From Fidelibacterota bacterium (lineage in GTDB: Bacteria; Fidelibacterota; Marinisomatia; Marinisomatales; JABMOV01): a stretch of 16,810 bases of DNA. This document shows positions 15,662 through 16,810 of this stretch, one piece after another. Location of the stretch: contig JBHHUC010000047.1 in NCBI GenBank assembly GCA_046861395.1, forward strand, positions 1-16,810. The letters run 5' to 3'. The notes under the pieces are model-generated. The model searched no databases and was not told where the DNA came from. It saw only the letters and a program-made list of their open reading frames with translations. Position 1 is the first letter of the stretch. Each line of letters starts with the position of its first letter. Made by a program: the position numbers and the translations under genes.

Positions 15662-16708
15662 CTAAATCGGAATAATTAATTCCTGTAAATACTTTTTCCC
15701 CTGTTTTATCATGTATTCAATCCGGCTTCGGTGGTGTTGCCACGCCCCGTTCAATTGTTTTGAACCCTCAACTTGGTTTAAATATTTGGGTAATAATTTA
15801 ACCTTGCCGGTATGGATTAAATCATCAAAATACTCCATGACGATGGTAAGGTAGATATTACGTTCGCCGTTGGTAACTTTCTGCCGATTGATATATGTTT
15901 TGTTTAAAATTTCTTCCATGAGGGTTTGAATTTTATTAAATAAGAGCTTTCGTTCATATTCATTGATGGACAAGGGTCCGGATTTTCTAATCATGCTCTC
16001 ATCGTAATCAAAATGACGGGTGCAGTTTTTGGCTTTAAAGCAGGAAAGGAGAATGGAAAAGGAAATATAATTCTGTACATCCATTTGCTGGCGGCACCGC
16101 TGCAACAATTGGAGGAGCAGATTGGGAGCAGTGGCTTTCTCCATGGGGATTTCATCCAGCCATTGCAGTAATGTTTCCCGTGTTACAGGGTTATCTTTTC
16201 GGTTATAAATAACCGTCATGGTCGTTCCGTCATCATAATAGAAATATTTTCGATAATTGATTGTAAATTTCCCAATATGGGGATGACGGTTGGGAGACAG
16301 CATGAGATTCCGGTATAAGCGAAATCCTTCCACGTCCTCCTGTTTAAAGCGATGAATCAATTCCTGACGCAGTTTGGATGAAACCAGCTTTCTCAACCAA
16401 TAGAATGACTCTTCCGGACAGGCTTCAATGCGATGGATTTTTGGCAGGAAATAATCTGCCAGTTCGTGTAATTCTCCCCGGTCATTGGTGCGAAACAGGA
16501 CAGCAATAATACTGATGGCTTCTTCCTTAAGATAATTATCGTTGGAATTAATGATATTGAAGTAATAATTATTGTTATAAACCTTTTTCTTCAATATACG
16601 ATATGCCATCTCAGAAATGATATCGTAGAGGGCATTGATATCCTGATCAGACAATGGTTGCTCCGTCATCTCAATGAGGATGCGGGTTAATTTTGCACTA
16701 TTTTTCAT
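15662..16708 (-). CDS. Hypothetical 348-aa helical, basic protein; putative atypical ECF-like RNA polymerase sigma factor
   Basis: The ATG at 16708 follows an A-rich leader and is preferred over the TTG at 16756. The N-terminal segment (DINALYDIISEMAYRILKKK...KEEAISIIAVLF...FYWLRKLVSSKLRQELIHRFK) resembles sigma region 2. The C-terminus (ERNIYL...HRSRIEYMIKQGKKYLQELI) resembles the end of region 4. The gene sits directly upstream of a ZAS gene. The CDS itself is secure, but the sigma assignment is inferred. Confidence 0.6.
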   Translation of the reverse strand: MKNSAKLTRILIEMTEQPLSDQDINALYDIISEMAYRILKKKVYNNNYYFNIINSNDNYLKEEAISIIAVLFRTNDRGELHELADYFLPKIHRIEACPEESFYWLRKLVSSKLRQELIHRFKQEDVEGFRLYRNLMLSPNRHPHIGKFTINYRKYFYYDDGTTMTVIYNRKDNPVTRETLLQWLDEIPMEKATAPNLLLQLLQRCRQQMDVQNYISFSILLSCFKAKNCTRHFDYDESMIRKSGPLSINEYERKLLFNKIQTLMEEILNKTYINRQKVTNGERNIYLTIVMEYFDDLIHTGKVKLLPKYLNQVEGSKQLNGAWQHHRSRIEYMIKQGKKYLQELIIPI

Positions 16709-16810
16709 TTTTTCAACTTTTTTTTCTGAAAAACAGAAAAGTGTATTTAGTCCCAAGTGAAAGAGGGGCGGTATCCCATGTCTGCTAATACTATTTGCTT
16801 TATAAATTAC

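Noticed and set aside
16709..16756. TTG-initiated 16-aa extension of the sigma-like gene, and its T8 run as a phase-variation tract
   Set aside because: The extension (GLNTLFCFSEKKVEK) reads like translated A-rich leader, and the ATG at 16708 is the more plausible start. An 8-nt run in AT-rich leader DNA is too short to support phase variation.

Overview
This bacterial window is probably from the FCB superphylum (Marinimicrobia/Calditrichota/Ignavibacteria-like). That placement is inferred from QNYPNPFN C-terminal sorting domains and a Gln right after the predicted signal peptides. The left part (+ strand) is a three-gene cluster: a giant 5'-truncated LamG-containing secreted protein, a 1766-aa cadherin/Ig-repeat secreted protein, and a small membrane protein. 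The 1766-aa gene has a 930-bp repeat period and a perfect 270-bp duplication. The middle part is an AT-rich spacer followed by a minus-strand tRNA with a CAT anticodon (likely Ile2) and its terminator. The right part (- strand) is the most interesting feature, a compact three-gene operon. It encodes an atypical sigma-factor-like protein, a soluble zinc-binding anti-sigma (ZAS) protein, and a membrane protein whose cytoplasmic Lon-type Ser-Lys protease domain (no AAA+ module) is joined by one TM helix to an extracytoplasmic beta-propeller-like domain. I propose this is a receptor-protease / anti-sigma / sigma transmembrane signalling cascade. Its logic resembles CRISPR-associated CalpL-CalpT-CalpS, but it has an extracellular sensor and no CRISPR context is visible. 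All family calls come from motif recognition by eye; no database searches were run.
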